This document shows, piece by piece, positions 48,614 through 58,202 of a stretch of 64,000 bases of DNA. This stretch comes from Minisyncoccota bacterium (GTDB lineage Bacteria > Patescibacteriota > Minisyncoccia > Phycocordibacterales > JABAAK01), in the NCBI GenBank assembly GCA_958295675.1, contig OY282360.1, forward strand, positions 658,026-722,025. Reading direction: 5' to 3'. A program made the position numbers and the translations under genes. The notes under the pieces were generated by a model. The model was not told where the DNA came from. It was given only the letters and a program-made list of their open reading frames with translations, and ran no database searches. Positions within the stretch are counted from its first letter, which is position 1. Every line of letters starts with the position of its first letter.

Positions 48614-48711
48614 ATTAATAGCTGATTATATCACAAACGCCAAATTGTAGTGCTTGAAAAATACCTGAAAATAGAATACAATACCGCAGGTTTCCTGATA
48701 GGGAGAAACGG

Positions 48712-49341
48712 ATGAGGAAGAATAGGAAGAAAAGGTTGGAAGAGTGGGACAAACACACACCCGAAGAAAAATTTGAGATTGTCTTCGGGAGCAATGATGT
48801 GTTCCATGAAAGCTTGCAAGAATGGAAGAAAAACGGCGGAAAAGGGAAGAATGTTCCTGATTTTGCTGATAGAACCACAGCGATTGGAAAACGACGATCA
48901 AGGATATACCAATTTGGCATATTGGTATGGGACAGATGGTCGCTACTGCCGGAAAACAGAATTTTCAACATCCATCTACACCGATGGTGGAGATCTGAAG
49001 AAATACTCGTCAAAGGACTCCATTCGCACAATATGCTTTTCTGCATCGGCATAACACTCAAAGGAAGTGTGTGGGAATTGGTAGACAAACATCCCAAGCA
49101 GAAAATTGCGAAAGTGGGTTCACTGATCGTGGTTGCTAATCCGGATGATGACGAATTAGAAAACGCAAAACTGGTACACAGATACTTCTTCCGGTGGTAT
49201 ACTCAGAAAGTCCGACATTCCGTGCTCATTCCGAAACGGTTTGCAGGAAAAACATGGACACTGTTCATAACAGGACCGGAGATACGGAAGAAGGGAGAAA
49301 GCAACGTGGTCCTCATCAAAGGATTTGACGAGGAGACGTAG
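48712..49341 (+). CDS. Hypothetical protein
   Basis: 209 aa ORF followed by a strong intrinsic terminator. Confidence 0.4.
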   Translation: MRKNRKKRLEEWDKHTPEEKFEIVFGSNDVFHESLQEWKKNGGKGKNVPDFADRTTAIGKRRSRIYQFGILVWDRWSLLPENRIFNIHLHRWWRSEEILVKGLHSHNMLFCIGITLKGSVWELVDKHPKQKIAKVGSLIVVANPDDDELENAKLVHRYFFRWYTQKVRHSVLIPKRFAGKTWTLFITGPEIRKKGESNVVLIKGFDEET

Positions 49342-49349
49342 CACACATA

Positions 49350-49380
49350 CCCACACACTGAAGTGTGTGGGTAACTTTTT
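49350..49380 (+). terminator. Intrinsic terminator
   Basis: cccacacac tgaa gtgtgtggg taacttttt. Confidence 0.75.
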
Positions 49381-49484
49381 GCCGATTATGCAAATTCCAT
49401 GAGAGTAAAGATACGCACACGCAGAAATCGTCCGTATGCTACACTGAATACAGGTATTAGTAATCATCCAAATTAGAAGATAGT

Positions 49485-50495
49485 ATGTTTAAAAATATAT
49501 TTGTCATAATAACAATCATCATTATCATTTTCCTTGTTGTATTCTTTGCCAGGAGTCCGCAGGATAGGAGTTTCGTCACATTCGGTACAGGCGGTATCAC
49601 CGGTGTCTACTATCCGACAGGTGGGGCGATCAGCAGTTTAATCAACAAGAAACAGGACACATACAACATCAAGTCGGCAGTCGCGTCCACAGGCGGATCC
49701 GTGTTCAACATCAATGCAGTTCTGGCGGGTAACATAGAATTCGGTATCGCGCAGTCCGACCGGCAGTACGAGGCGTACAACGGACTTGCGGAATGGGAGT
49801 CCGAGGGACCTCAGAAAAACCTGCGATCGGTTTTTGCAATCTACCCCGAAGCAATCACCTTAGTCGCATCCGAAAAGAGCGAGGTCAGCACCGTTTCCGA
49901 CTTGCGTGATAAACGGGTGAACCTCGGCAATGTCGGCTCCGGACAACTACAGAACGCGCTTACAGTGCTGAAAGTATTCGGATTGTCTGAAGATGATGTG
50001 AAAGCGGAGATGGTTAAAGCGGCTGAAGCACCAGGCCTGCTCCAGGATGGGCGCATAGATGCGTTCTTCTACACAGTCGGACATCCGAATGGCAACATCA
50101 AGGAAGCGGCATCCGGTCGCATACCAGTACGCATCATTCCTATTGAAGGTCCCGGCATCAACACACTTATCGTTGAAAACCCGTTCTACAGCACAACAAC
50201 CATTCCCATAACGATGTATCCGAAGAGTGTCAATACGGAGGACATCCCAACATTCGGTGTGGCAGCAACACTGGTAACTTCAAGTGAAACATCGGAAGAC
50301 ATTGTCTACGCGGTCACAAAAGAAGTGTTTGAGAATTTGGATGACTTCAAGGCCTTCCATCCGGCATATGAAACCATAACACCTGAATCCATGCTGGAAG
50401 GACTTTCCGCCCCATTACATAAGGGTGCAATCCGCTACTACAAAGAAGCGGGATTGCTGGAAAGAATAGACGATCGGCTGCTCGTTGAAGCATAA
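49485..50495 (+). CDS. TRAP transporter TAXI-family solute-binding protein
   Basis: N-terminal TM/signal. FVTFGTGGITGVYYPTGGAI. Confidence 0.8.
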   Translation: MFKNIFVIITIIIIIFLVVFFARSPQDRSFVTFGTGGITGVYYPTGGAISSLINKKQDTYNIKSAVASTGGSVFNINAVLAGNIEFGIAQSDRQYEAYNGLAEWESEGPQKNLRSVFAIYPEAITLVASEKSEVSTVSDLRDKRVNLGNVGSGQLQNALTVLKVFGLSEDDVKAEMVKAAEAPGLLQDGRIDAFFYTVGHPNGNIKEAASGRIPVRIIPIEGPGINTLIVENPFYSTTTIPITMYPKSVNTEDIPTFGVAATLVTSSETSEDIVYAVTKEVFENLDDFKAFHPAYETITPESMLEGLSAPLHKGAIRYYKEAGLLERIDDRLLVEA

Positions 50496-50520
50496 TCGGA
50501 TATATCGCCGATAATCGGCG

Positions 50521-52596
50521 ATGGATATGCAACACAACATACGAAACACATTCAGAATACTGAAAGATCGGCTGAAACCGGAAGTGCATGAGGAGATAGA
50601 GGAAGAGATTGAAGGTATTAGTATAAAGCGCACACCGCTGCTGATTATAATCGTTTCAGTTGCATGGGCGTTGTTCCAGCTCGCGCTTCCCCAACTACTC
50701 CTATTGGACACATTAGTTATCCGTGCGGTGCATCTCGCATTCGCACTGACATTAGCGTTTCTCACCGCAAATTTGTGGAAACAATCAAAACCGACGACGC
50801 TCAAAAAACCGTTCCGCAAAATCATCCGCTATGCAGCGATCAGTGTATGTATCGCGATAATAATCACCGCGGCGTGCTATATCATCATTGACTGGCAGGG
50901 TATCGCGGAGCGTGCGGGCATATTACTGACACGCGACATGCTGATGGGTGTGCTGTTAATCGCCATTCTGTTGGAAGCGACACGGAGAAAAATAGGCATG
51001 GCACTGGTGCTTACCGCCGCATTTTTTATATTCTACGCGCTCTTCGCTTCACATTTCCCCGGCATACTCGCGTTTAGAGATGTCTCAATAGTTGAGTTTT
51101 TCAATCAAATAACACTCTCATTTGAGGGTATCTACGGCATACCGCTCGGCATATCCGCATCAACAATCTTCCTGTTCGTGCTAATGGGCGCACTTTTGGA
51201 GCGCGCCGGTGCGGCAAGATACTTCATCAATCTCGCGCTCGCGCTGGTCGGCAGATCAAGGGGCGGACCGGCAAAAGCGGCAGTCGCATCAAGTGCGATG
51301 ATCGGCACCATATCCGGCTCAAGCATAGCGAATGTCGCGACATCCGGCGCATTCACCATCCCGCTAATGAAAAAGACGGGATTTCCGGCGAAAAAAGCGG
51401 CTGCAATAGAAGTTGCGGCAAGTACAGACGGACAGCTTATGCCGCCGATTATGGGCGCAGCGGCGTTCATTATGGCGGAATATCTCAATGTCCCCTATGT
51501 GGAAATCATTAAAGCAGCCCTTATCCCCGCGATTATCTCTCTCGCCTCCCTGTTCTTTGTGGTGCACTTTGAGGCATCAAAACTCGGTTTGCAAAAACTC
51601 GCAAAAGAACATATACCCCGCTTCACGAAAGTGCTATGGGGTGGCGCGCACTACCTTGCGGTCATAGGTCTTCTGCTCTACGAACTATTGGTGATGCGCC
51701 ATTCACCGGAGATGTCGGTGTATAAAGCGGTGCTGCTGTTGCTAGTAATTATCTTTGTCCAGGAACTATGGCGCGGATATAAAAAAGGATCAATCAATAA
51801 GGGTTTACGAGGTGCAGGCAGAACTATTGTTGAGGGATGTATTCTCGGATCAAAAAATATGGTGATGGTCGCACTCGCGACCGCGATCGCAGGCATTATT
51901 ATCGGTGTTATTAATATGGGATTAGGCAGCAGCATCACGCAACTGGTCAGCGCGGTCTCGTTGGGAAACATATTCCTGTTGCTGCTATTCACTGCGATTG
52001 CCTGTATTATCCTCGGCATGGGACTACCGACCACGGCAACATATATTGTAATGGCATCGCTCACCGCGCCTATAATTCTTGAATTTGGAGCGGAAATCGG
52101 TTTCATTGTGCCACTCATCGCCGCACACCTCTTCTGCTTCTACTTCGGCATCCTCGCGGATGACACTCCGCCGGTCGGTGTCGCCGCATACACCGCGGCA
52201 ACCATAGCAAAATCAGATCCTATAAAAACAGGTTTGCAATCATTCTTCTATGACATCAGAGATGCCATCATTCCTTTCATGTTCATTCTGAACACCGATC
52301 TCATTCTGTACAATATTGAAAACTTTTGGCTCGGTCTCCTCATCGCCATAATGGGCATTCTCGGCGCTCTCTCTTTCACCAGTGCATTGCAAGGTTGGCT
52401 TCTGATAAAAAGCAGGTGGTATGAAAACATCCTGTGCATCGGCGCGGCACTCCTCTTCCTTAATCCGGCATTTATCGGATTTTTCATCAATATTGCGGTA
52501 CCGTACTATGGCTACATAGCCGGATTGGCGATCTTGATGGGAGTCGTATACATACAAAAAACAAGAAAAAGTAAACAAGTTACGCTGGATGTATAA
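50521..52596 (+). CDS. TRAP transporter fused 4TM/12TM permease (TAXI-associated)
   Basis: 691 aa polytopic membrane protein immediately downstream of the TAXI binding protein. Confidence 0.8.
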   Translation: MDMQHNIRNTFRILKDRLKPEVHEEIEEEIEGISIKRTPLLIIIVSVAWALFQLALPQLLLLDTLVIRAVHLAFALTLAFLTANLWKQSKPTTLKKPFRKIIRYAAISVCIAIIITAACYIIIDWQGIAERAGILLTRDMLMGVLLIAILLEATRRKIGMALVLTAAFFIFYALFASHFPGILAFRDVSIVEFFNQITLSFEGIYGIPLGISASTIFLFVLMGALLERAGAARYFINLALALVGRSRGGPAKAAVASSAMIGTISGSSIANVATSGAFTIPLMKKTGFPAKKAAAIEVAASTDGQLMPPIMGAAAFIMAEYLNVPYVEIIKAALIPAIISLASLFFVVHFEASKLGLQKLAKEHIPRFTKVLWGGAHYLAVIGLLLYELLVMRHSPEMSVYKAVLLLLVIIFVQELWRGYKKGSINKGLRGAGRTIVEGCILGSKNMVMVALATAIAGIIIGVINMGLGSSITQLVSAVSLGNIFLLLLFTAIACIILGMGLPTTATYIVMASLTAPIILEFGAEIGFIVPLIAAHLFCFYFGILADDTPPVGVAAYTAATIAKSDPIKTGLQSFFYDIRDAIIPFMFILNTDLILYNIENFWLGLLIAIMGILGALSFTSALQGWLLIKSRWYENILCIGAALLFLNPAFIGFFINIAVPYYGYIAGLAILMGVVYIQKTRKSKQVTLDV

Positions 52597-52843
52597 AAGT
52601 CATGCGCATCTCAAATGAAACAAAGATCTGACAGTCATGGTACGGAAGAAAAATGTAAAAAGTAATCACTATGAATTATAATGTTGCATCATTTCGTTTA
52701 TGTGCAACACACAAACGAAGTGCCGAGTGTAAAAATAAAATTTTTTACACAAAAAAAGAAAAAAGGGGTTGCAAAAAATTAATAAGTAGTGCAAAATACA
52801 AGTGGACTCTAGAACAAGCACATTCAAGCAGGTTTTAGAGGGC

Positions 52844-52869
52844 AAAAACTCCCGCTTGCGGGAGTTTTT
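52844..52869. terminator. Bidirectional intrinsic terminator
   Basis: aaaaactcccgcttgcgggagttttt. Confidence 0.65.
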
Positions 52870-52957
52870 GTGTTGAATACATACAATTATTTTTTTATCA
52901 TACAAGCACAGAACAAAAAGTGTACGAAAGAGATACAAAAAGATATACTATACTCAT

Positions 52958-53031
52958 CTCCTCGTAGCTCAGCTGGATAGAGCAACTCCCTTCTAAGGAG
53001 TAGGTCGCAGGTTCGAATCCTGCCGAGGAGG
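52958..53031 (+). tRNA. tRNA-Arg (anticodon UCU)
   Basis: CTCCTCGTAGCTCAGCTGGATAGAGCAACTCCCTTCTAAGGAGTAGGTCGCAGGTTCGAATCCTGCCGAGGAGG. Confidence 0.85.
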
Positions 53032-53051
53032 CCCGGAGAAATACCGGCATA

Positions 53052-53123
53052 CTCCCCGTAGTTTAACGGATAGAACACAGGCTTCCGGAGCCTGCGATGC
53101 GGGTTCAATTCCTGCCGGGGAGG
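53052..53123 (+). tRNA. tRNA-Arg (anticodon CCG)
   Basis: CTCCCCGTAGTTTAACGGATAGAACACAGGCTTCCGGAGCCTGCGATGCGGGTTCAATTCCTGCCGGGGAGG. Confidence 0.8.
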
Positions 53124-53180
53124 CTTAATGGAGGTGGAAATGACACCTTGCCGTAAGTTTTCCTCGTATACTATGTATGT

Positions 53181-54479
53181 ATGGATACGCAGTATGTAAA
53201 AATCCCGTTTCTGGGTACGGTCTGCGCTAAAACTTCACTAGGTACAGCGATATGTGGTACTCCGTCTACAATAACTGTTTCAAAAGATATCTTACAACCA
53301 AGGAAAAAATACTATTCACTAACAATAGGCGGCGATAGTATGCGACACACCTACAAAGATGGCGAGACCATTCTTGTAGAGAATACCAAAAATGCACAAC
53401 AGGATGATGTGATTATCGCCAGGACACAGGAGGGAGACACCATAAAGAGAATAAAAACTCTCACAGAAAAAAGAATTGTTCTTATAGCCGATAATAAAGA
53501 AACACTGTCATTTCCAAAAAATAAGATGGACATTCTCGGCGTTGTCATTGGCAAGATAGATGTAACAGAACAGGAAAGTGTCAACCTTGTCTCAAAAAAC
53601 ATACTGACTGAAAAATTGCACATAAAAAACAAAATTATCTGCGGTGACACGCTGATAGAAATGAGAAAAATTCCAACCGCAAGTGTTGATGTCATCATTG
53701 CCGATCCACCGTATAACATAGGAAAAGATTTCGGAAACAATAAGGACAAAAAAGATATGGAGGAATATATCGGATGGTGCAAGGTGTGGATTGATGAAGG
53801 ATTGCGGTGTCTTAAACCGGAAGGAACAATGTTTATTTATGGTTTTAGTGAAATACTAGCACACCTTGCAACAAACACACGGGCAAACAAAAGGTGGTTG
53901 GTATGGCACTACACCAACAAAAATGTTGCATCACTAAACTTTTGGCAGCGAAGCCACGAAGGGGTGCTGTGCGTCTGGAAAGAGAAAAAACCAAAATTTT
54001 TCAGAGACGCAATCAGAGAACCGTACTCCGAAACATTCTTGAAAAATTCCGCCGGCAAGGTAAGAAAATCAAAATCCTGCAGATTCAGCAATGGAGAGAG
54101 TACCACGATTTACAAGGCACATTCAAAGGGTGCTCTACCGCGAGATGTCATTAAAACCCCGGCACTTGCCGGAGGAGCAGGAAAATCGGAAAGACATTTC
54201 CTCTGCAAAACCTGTAACAAAGTATATTTGTCAAAAAATCTTGACGAACACAGAACACACACAACTCTGAAGCACCCAACACAAAAACCAAGAGTACTTA
54301 CTGAAAAATTGCTTCATTCCTGCCTCAATAAAAAAGGATTGGTGCTCATTCCTTTTGCTGGATCAGGATCGGAGTGCCTTGTGGCAAAACAACTCGGACA
54401 CGACTTTGTTGGTATAGAAATAAACGAAGAATATATACAATTAGCAAACGGTCTATTCAATAAGAAAATGCCTAAATAG
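53181..54479 (+). CDS. Fusion protein: N-terminal S24 LexA-like peptidase domain plus beta-class DNA methyltransferase (with a CxxC insert)
   Basis: IGGDSMRHTYKDGETILVE..DDVIIARTQEGDTIKRIK (S24 Ser/Lys dyad). VIIADPPYNIG (motif IV). IPFAGSGSE (motif I). CKTCNK. Confidence 0.75.
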   Translation: MDTQYVKIPFLGTVCAKTSLGTAICGTPSTITVSKDILQPRKKYYSLTIGGDSMRHTYKDGETILVENTKNAQQDDVIIARTQEGDTIKRIKTLTEKRIVLIADNKETLSFPKNKMDILGVVIGKIDVTEQESVNLVSKNILTEKLHIKNKIICGDTLIEMRKIPTASVDVIIADPPYNIGKDFGNNKDKKDMEEYIGWCKVWIDEGLRCLKPEGTMFIYGFSEILAHLATNTRANKRWLVWHYTNKNVASLNFWQRSHEGVLCVWKEKKPKFFRDAIREPYSETFLKNSAGKVRKSKSCRFSNGESTTIYKAHSKGALPRDVIKTPALAGGAGKSERHFLCKTCNKVYLSKNLDEHRTHTTLKHPTQKPRVLTEKLLHSCLNKKGLVLIPFAGSGSECLVAKQLGHDFVGIEINEEYIQLANGLFNKKMPK

Positions 54480-55308
54480 CATCAATCTCCTCTTTTTTCT
54501 CACGAAACACTTTCGGAGTAAACACCACAAACCCGTTACCCAACCTCTTCAGATTTTTATTTTCTATAAAATCAAGGTACGGCTTTCTATACTCGCCGTT
54601 CAGTTTCTTCGGTTTTTCAAACACTTCCTGATTCGGCACAGCGTATTCAATATCTATCGACTCACCCTGCAACTGTTGTTTACTTGTCCTCGGTCGGCGC
54701 ACCTCCCTACTCTGTGTGCGTTTTTTAACCTGATAGTTAAGCATGCGTCCTTTATAATGAACTTGTATATCTGCATTCTTTCTATCAAGCTCGGTAGACA
54801 TATTCACCGTACCGGCACCAAACACCTGTTCGGCAACATACCCGGCGTGTATCTGTGTAATGATGCTCGCCCAAGTCCGGTAAATTCTCGCAGGCAGTCC
54901 TCTATAAAAACAATCAGGACATATTGTTGTCTTATCCCGAAACTCCTCTATATCCTGTTCGTATTTTTTACTGTATCGTTTGTAAAATGTATCAAAGTTA
55001 ACATACTCACGCTTATCCCAGTAAATCTCGTACATTAAATCAAGTGCCTGTATATTTCTCGGCAAGTCCATCTCCACGATTTTAATCGGCTGGTACTTTT
55101 TCCTGTACCCAGCCAAATCCACACCCTCAAGGAATGAGTCAAAAGATTGTGTGTCGTTTATTGTATACATACTACTAAAAATATATCTCACACCTTGAGT
55201 TGCGGGTTGCATAGATATAGATAAAGTATAGCAAATAAACAAAATTATGTCTTTGTGTCGAATATCTTGATTTACAGCAAGATGTCTGCTAAAATACAAA
55301 TACAACAA
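54472..55308 (-). CDS. Hypothetical protein convergent with and overlapping the methyltransferase; candidate cognate restriction endonuclease
   Basis: 278 aa. The true start is probably an internal Met (MQPATQ.. or MYTIND..). Contains ICPDCFYRG. No clear nuclease motif. Confidence 0.35.
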   Translation of the reverse strand: MLYLYFSRHLAVNQDIRHKDIILFICYTLSISMQPATQGVRYIFSSMYTINDTQSFDSFLEGVDLAGYRKKYQPIKIVEMDLPRNIQALDLMYEIYWDKREYVNFDTFYKRYSKKYEQDIEEFRDKTTICPDCFYRGLPARIYRTWASIITQIHAGYVAEQVFGAGTVNMSTELDRKNADIQVHYKGRMLNYQVKKRTQSREVRRPRTSKQQLQGESIDIEYAVPNQEVFEKPKKLNGEYRKPYLDFIENKNLKRLGNGFVVFTPKVFREKKEEIDAI

Positions 55309-55534
55309 GTGATAAAATACTTATATATCAGATTCATACCCATACACAGTAATAAACAACAAGCTTGAGCCTGTTTTCCAAAAAATCCAACAGGCTGCAA
55401 AACCAGAAAGATTTAATGCTGCCTTTCTGCAAAAACTTGGTTTCGCCAGCTCAAATTATCGAGCAATCGTACCCCTGTTTAAAAAACTTGGTTTCATTAA
55501 TGAGGATGGGTCCCCCACCGAATATTATGATAGG

Positions 55535-55939
55535 TTGCGCGATGCAACAGACTGGCAATATGTGCTTGGGGAAAGAATAAAAGAATTGTACAAGGATCTC
55601 TACAATATAGACACTGAAATCCATCAAAAGAATCAAGATGAAATAAAGGGGGCTGTTAACCGTGTTACTGGAAAAGATAAAAAAAGTGTTGACAGATATG
55701 TCTTAACTTTCTCATCATTAAGCAATATGGCAAAGTTTGGGGTCTCACCGAAAACAACAAAGGTACCAGAAAGTGCAGCAAACACCAAAGAAAAACAAAA
55801 AAAGGACGAACACTCTGTCAAAGGAAGTTTAGATGGAATCAGTTTAAATCAAAACATCCAAATACAACTACCAATGACCAAAGACACTGCGGTTTACAAT
55901 GCTATCTTCCAGAGCATACGAGAAAATCTGTTGGATTGA
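55535..55939 (+). CDS. Hypothetical protein. The frame is open from 55316 without an in-frame ATG, so the start is uncertain.
   Basis: The conserved-looking upstream peptide ..AAFLQKLGFASSNYRAIVPLFKKLGFINEDGSPTEYYDRL continues in frame into the TTG-start ORF. Confidence 0.35.
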   Translation: MRDATDWQYVLGERIKELYKDLYNIDTEIHQKNQDEIKGAVNRVTGKDKKSVDRYVLTFSSLSNMAKFGVSPKTTKVPESAANTKEKQKKDEHSVKGSLDGISLNQNIQIQLPMTKDTAVYNAIFQSIRENLLD

Positions 55940-55940
55940 T

Positions 55941-56531
55941 ATGAAAAAAACAAACAAAAAGTATATGGATGATCTCAAAAGAATGACTTTCAACGGAATT
56001 CTGGCAATAGAAAGTCTCAATGCTTTATCAAAGAATGGAATTGATATAAGAGTGCTTGAAAAAAAGGAAGAAAGGGAAGAGCAGGAAAATGATTTTAGCC
56101 CAATTTTACTAAATAAAGCAAGAAGTATGAGCAGAGTTTACGAAATGTTTTTCTGTATGGAGAACGCTGCCAGATCACTGATAGAAGAGCGTCTTTCGGA
56201 ACGAATGAACGAAAATTGGTGGGAAACCTGTGTTTCAGAAAACATAAAAAAATCTGTCGAAACCTTAAGAAAGAAAGAAGAAAAAAATAAATACCACACC
56301 CAAAGAAATTTACATCCAATTGGGTACACAATGTTTGGAGATCTTGAAAAAATTATCATCAATAATTGGGAAAATTTTTCCGATATCTTTCCCGAACAAT
56401 ATTGGATATCGTCTCGTTTTAATGATTTAGAATTATCAAGAAATATCATCATGCACACAGGGACACTTCCAGAAACAGAAATAGGAAGAATTGAGGGAAT
56501 AGTTAGAGATTGGATAAACCAAACTGGGTAG
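55941..56531 (+). CDS. HEPN-like (R-N-x3-H) protein
   Basis: ELSRNIIMHTG motif at the C-terminal end of an alpha-helical protein, in a defense-island context. Confidence 0.45.
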   Translation: MKKTNKKYMDDLKRMTFNGILAIESLNALSKNGIDIRVLEKKEEREEQENDFSPILLNKARSMSRVYEMFFCMENAARSLIEERLSERMNENWWETCVSENIKKSVETLRKKEEKNKYHTQRNLHPIGYTMFGDLEKIIINNWENFSDIFPEQYWISSRFNDLELSRNIIMHTGTLPETEIGRIEGIVRDWINQTG

Positions 56532-56865
56532 TTTTATACAAAGCAATTTGTAAGTATTTCCAGTTTTGAATCTTTGCGACCGAAAAGTGCAAAAAAGATA
56601 AAACAGGGAAAACAGAGCGAAACATTCCATATCTCGCGTAAGAGTGAAAAATAGCAGAGTGTTTATGTATACAACTGCTTCGCTTTTTTGAATAGGTTCG
56701 AAACTGCGGGGTGAAGTGACGGTACCCAACCAAACGAACACCCTGTTACTATAGACCGTCCTGCCAGTACCTCCATAACTCCTACAGTACCATGACGAGG
56801 GCACGGGATTGGACGGCGGATTGAAAGGAAAAAGAAGTAAATATATCTACAATCTATACTACCTA

Positions 56866-56965
56866 CTACCGCAAACCCTTCAGTTTCGCCCGCAGTATCG
56901 CAACTTCAAGTGCTTTGTCGGAAGATGCTATCTTTTCCTCAAGCGCGGCAATAAGATGGCGGCGA
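56866..56965. repeat. About 100 bp direct repeat (copy A) encoding the C-terminal RHLIxALEEKIxSSDKxxEVAILRAKLKxLR module
   Basis: About 85% nucleotide identity with 58203-58302. Confidence 0.7.
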
Positions 56966-57333
56966 ACCGCTTCCTTAGCCCGGGCGTATAAAAAATCACC
57001 GGCTAAGAGCGCTTCTTTAATACTCCACTTTTTATGCGCTGTGGTCCGGCCCCGGCGCAACGATGCCTCGTCAATGATATCATCATGTATTAATGACGCC
57101 GCATGAATATATTCCACCGCCAACGCCGCTTGGATGCCAGCTTCCCCGCGCTGTCCCATCAAGCGATAAAAAGTTAAAAGTAACAGAGGCCGAATGTATT
57201 TCCCTTCGCCGCGTAGAATATAGGTCATTCGTTCTTGCAGATCTGGATGACAATCCACCGCCACCAATCGGCACTTAAACTCAGCCATTGTCTCCGCCAC
57301 GACCGCGGTAGGGAAACCGCTTGGCGGTTTCAC
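56866..57333 (-). pseudogene. Truncated polyprenyl diphosphate synthase (N-terminal half with the first DDxxD) fused in frame to a 31 aa repeat-encoded tail
   Basis: ..LAVEYIHAASLIHDDIIDEASLRRGRTTAHKKWSIKEALLAGDFLYARA then RRHLIAALEEKIASSDKALEVAILRAKLKGLR*. The second aspartate-rich motif is absent. Confidence 0.6.
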
Positions 57334-58115
57334 AGAATATCGTTCATCGTGTAGAGACCCGCTTTGCTCTGGTCCGCCAGCCAGGCCGCGGCGCGTAACG
57401 CGCCTCGAGCAAACAGAACACGGGAATTGGCTTGATGACGAATTTCCAACACCTCCCCCTCGCCGATGAAGCGCACGCTATGTTCGCCGACTAGATCCCC
57501 GCCACGCGTTACTTGAAAGCCGATACTACCCGCTGTTCGTTCGCCTTCTTGGCAGCGATCATAAACAGCCAGTTCGTCTAAGGGGCAATCACGCGTCGCG
57601 GCTAGTAAACGACCAAGCATCAATGCTGTGCCGGAAGGGGCGTCTTTTTTATGCTTATGATGCGCCTCGGCAATTTCAATATCATATTCTTCGCCCAGAT
57701 GTCGCGCTGCTTGCTGCGCCAACTCGCCGCAAACATAAATACCCAGGCTCATATTCGCCGCCCAGAAAATTGGAATCTGGTTGGCTGTTTTCTTAATCAG
57801 ATCGATCTGCTGAGTTGAATGTCCCGTCGTCCCGATGACTAGACCTATGCCTTGCGCGGCGCATCCGTGTAAAACATCTATAATTGCATCCGGATGCGAA
57901 AAATCAATGAGCACCTTACATCCGGTTGGATCAATTGCGCTTATGCAGATAAGAGGATGATCGCCGCCACTGAGCGGCGCAATATCCTTGTTAGCCATGG
58001 GACTGGTTGGTTCCACGATCGCAACAGTTGCTCGCATAGCCGATGCGGCATGCGCTAAACGCAGGATCGTTAAACCCATTTTACCATCCGCGCCGCAAAC
58101 TCCTATCCTTAGCAT
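57330..58115 (-). CDS. dapB: 4-hydroxy-tetrahydrodipicolinate reductase
   Basis: MLRIGVCGADGKMG (NAD-binding). EAHHKHKKDAPSGTA. Noticeably GC-rich. Confidence 0.85.
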   Translation of the reverse strand: MLRIGVCGADGKMGLTILRLAHAASAMRATVAIVEPTSPMANKDIAPLSGGDHPLICISAIDPTGCKVLIDFSHPDAIIDVLHGCAAQGIGLVIGTTGHSTQQIDLIKKTANQIPIFWAANMSLGIYVCGELAQQAARHLGEEYDIEIAEAHHKHKKDAPSGTALMLGRLLAATRDCPLDELAVYDRCQEGERTAGSIGFQVTRGGDLVGEHSVRFIGEGEVLEIRHQANSRVLFARGALRAAAWLADQSKAGLYTMNDIL

Positions 58116-58202
58116 AATTGTAGTATACTGTAAAACATTTTATGACTCATTATAACCATGTTTCATAGAAAAAACCAAAAATATCCGTAATTTGTACTGC
58201 TA

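Noticed and set aside
56560-56860. GC-richer intergenic stretch (..ttcgaaactgcggggtgaagtgacggtaccc..)
   Set aside because: No convincing tRNA-like or terminator structure and no repeats. It is possibly a remnant of the inserted GC-rich element, with no support for a feature.
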